Source: Marsupella aquatica
Lineage: Eukaryota; Plantae; Marchantiophyta
NCBI GenBank assembly: GCA_973895155.1
Contig: OZ316898.1
Location: 7,613,079-7,677,078 of the forward strand
Direction: 5' to 3'
Length of the DNA stretch: 64,000 nucleotides
Shown here: positions 62,401 to 64,000 of the stretch, in pieces
Numbering within the stretch: position 1 is the first letter of the stretch
How the letters are laid out: every line of letters begins with the position of its first letter
Notes under the pieces: generated by a model
Databases searched by the model: none
The model's input: the letters and a program-made list of their open reading frames with translations, nothing else
What the model was told of the DNA's origin: nothing
Translations under genes and position numbers: made by a program

Positions 62401-64000
62401 TCACTCATGTGGCCCAAACGGAAGTGCCACAGCCGGGCCGTCTCCTCATGAGATAAGGTTGCATTGGCTTCATCACTGACTACACTGCCCTCCAAAACGT
62501 ATAGATTGCAATGTCTCTTTCCCTTCAATACAACTTTAGTACCAGTTGAAACCTGAAGGACACCATTAGCAGAACTCCACTGATGGCCATTTTCTTCTAA
62601 AACTCCAAGTGAAATGAGATTTTTCATCGTGCTGGGAATATGTCTTACATTCCTCAACGTTCTCACAGCACCATCAAACATCTAAAATCTTACAGATCCA
62701 AGTCCAACAACTTGACATGGGATTCCATTTCCCATCAACACTGACCCGTTGGAAACCGTGTAAGAACTGAAAAAATCTCTCCTAGAGCAAATGTGAAAAG
62801 TACATGCACTATCTAGAATCCAGTCATCACTACCTGGATTTGACACTACGTTGAGAGCATAACCTTGACATCACAAAATGTCATCATCATCAAGTAAATC
62901 TACCTCATGCGAGCTCGATGCCGCGTTAGCAGAGGCAGTAGGGACCTTTACTCGACAATCCCTTTTCATGTGGCCAGGCTTGCCACAATTCCAACATGCA
63001 AGAGGCTTCCTCTCTTGCGATTTCCCTCTAGATTTAGATCTCCCCCGTGATGTAGATCTAAACCTGTTCTGTCCATTCGTGCGCTGCACTGCTCTTCCCC
63101 TGTTCACATTGAGCGCAGTGCCAGAAGAAGATGCTGTCTGTGATTGACCCAGCTTCTTCTGAGCATCATCAGACAGTAATGAGCTCACCACCTCATTATA
63201 CGAAATGGACTTCAGATCTCTATACAAGAGCACCTGTTTCAAGCCCTGATATGACGGCGGTAAGGAGCTTAGTAGAAGCAAGGCCTTATCCTCATCTTCA
63301 ACTCCTTTTCCCAGGTTTGACAGATCCACCGCTAGACTGTCAAATTCATCCAGGTGATCCTGCATCTTGCTCCCTTCCTTGAGCCTGAGGCTCATCAAGA
63401 GAGACTTCTTGTATAGCCGGTCTGACGCATCTTCCCGGTAATACTTCTCTCTTAGAGCCTTGAACAGTGATGCGCAATCCGCATAATCATTCAGCTGTTT
63501 GATTATGTGCGGCTTCAAATAAAGCATCACTGCATTAACAGCAATCACCTGCTCCTATCTCCACTGCTTTTCTGAGATCTCCTCCTCTCCATCATACTGC
63601 TCTCGCGAAGAGAGCAGATGAGCTAAGCCCATGGCCCGAAGAACACCCTTCACTTGCTTCTCCCACAGCAAGTAATCAGTACGACCATCGTACTTCTCCA
63701 CCTCAAATTTTACTCCTCCGAATCTAGCCATCTCCCTCTTCTTCCCAACTACCAACAGCTCTGGTAGTAGTACAGCTTCCTCCACTGCACGCCGCACCGG
63801 TGATCGTACCGGTGTTACTTGTTCCTCCTCAAATGGTAGCAGCTCCTCCTCAGACTCTCCGTCTGACCTTCGTGATCCTGAAGCTCCACCGACGCCAATT
63901 CTTCCAGTATCCTCTGAGTCACTCATATGAAACAATCACGAAAAAACGTCTTTTTTCGAAACTTCTCATAAAACTCAAAACTCAACACCGCCGCGTAGCC
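59102..64000 (-). mobile_element. Ty1/copia LTR retrotransposon (Tnt1/Tork-like), inactivated; 5' LTR beyond the right edge
   Basis: Domain order on the minus strand: gag (KFEVEKYDGRTDYLLW; CWNCGKPGHMKRDC knuckle), protease (WILDSACTFH), GAG-pre-integrase/integrase (LWHFRLGHMS, LRSDNGGEY, PQQNGVSERLNRTL, KGVKGYRLWD), RT (YKARLVAKGF, SLYGLKQSPRQW, IYVDDML), RNase H (YVDSDYGG, STTEAEY, KHIDIRYHFIR). Several in-frame stops and a frameshift near 61400. Confidence 0.96.

Overview
Land-plant nuclear DNA with spliceosomal GT-AG introns. A non-seed plant such as a liverwort is a guess only. Recognisable genes: an LHT-type amino-acid transporter (- strand, runs off the left edge); an intronless 635-aa protein with two divergent trihelix/Myb-SANT-like repeats; a SAC3C-type SAC3/GANP gene with a very long N-terminal extension; two SKIP22/FBXO7-like PI31(FP)-F-box paralogues; a membrane-anchored CX5R dual-specificity phosphatase; GUN4; and an alpha-expansin. 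A degenerate Ty1/copia element with its 3' LTR runs off the right edge. Intergenic DNA holds a tRNA-derived SINE family, a Mutator-type MITE with a 9-bp TSD, a probable Helitron end and many short tandem duplications. The most notable structure is an inverted duplication of about 1.65 kb of the SAC3C upstream leader (20147-21813 versus 31657-33253), fused about 40 bp in front of a 5'-truncated F-box copy. This looks like a chimeric gene born by leader/promoter capture. The neighbouring, apparently parental F-box copy has a frameshifted ubiquitin-like N-terminus but keeps the rest of its frame open, so both copies appear to have lost the Ubl domain by different routes. Exon boundaries and alignments were read by eye and no database searches were run.
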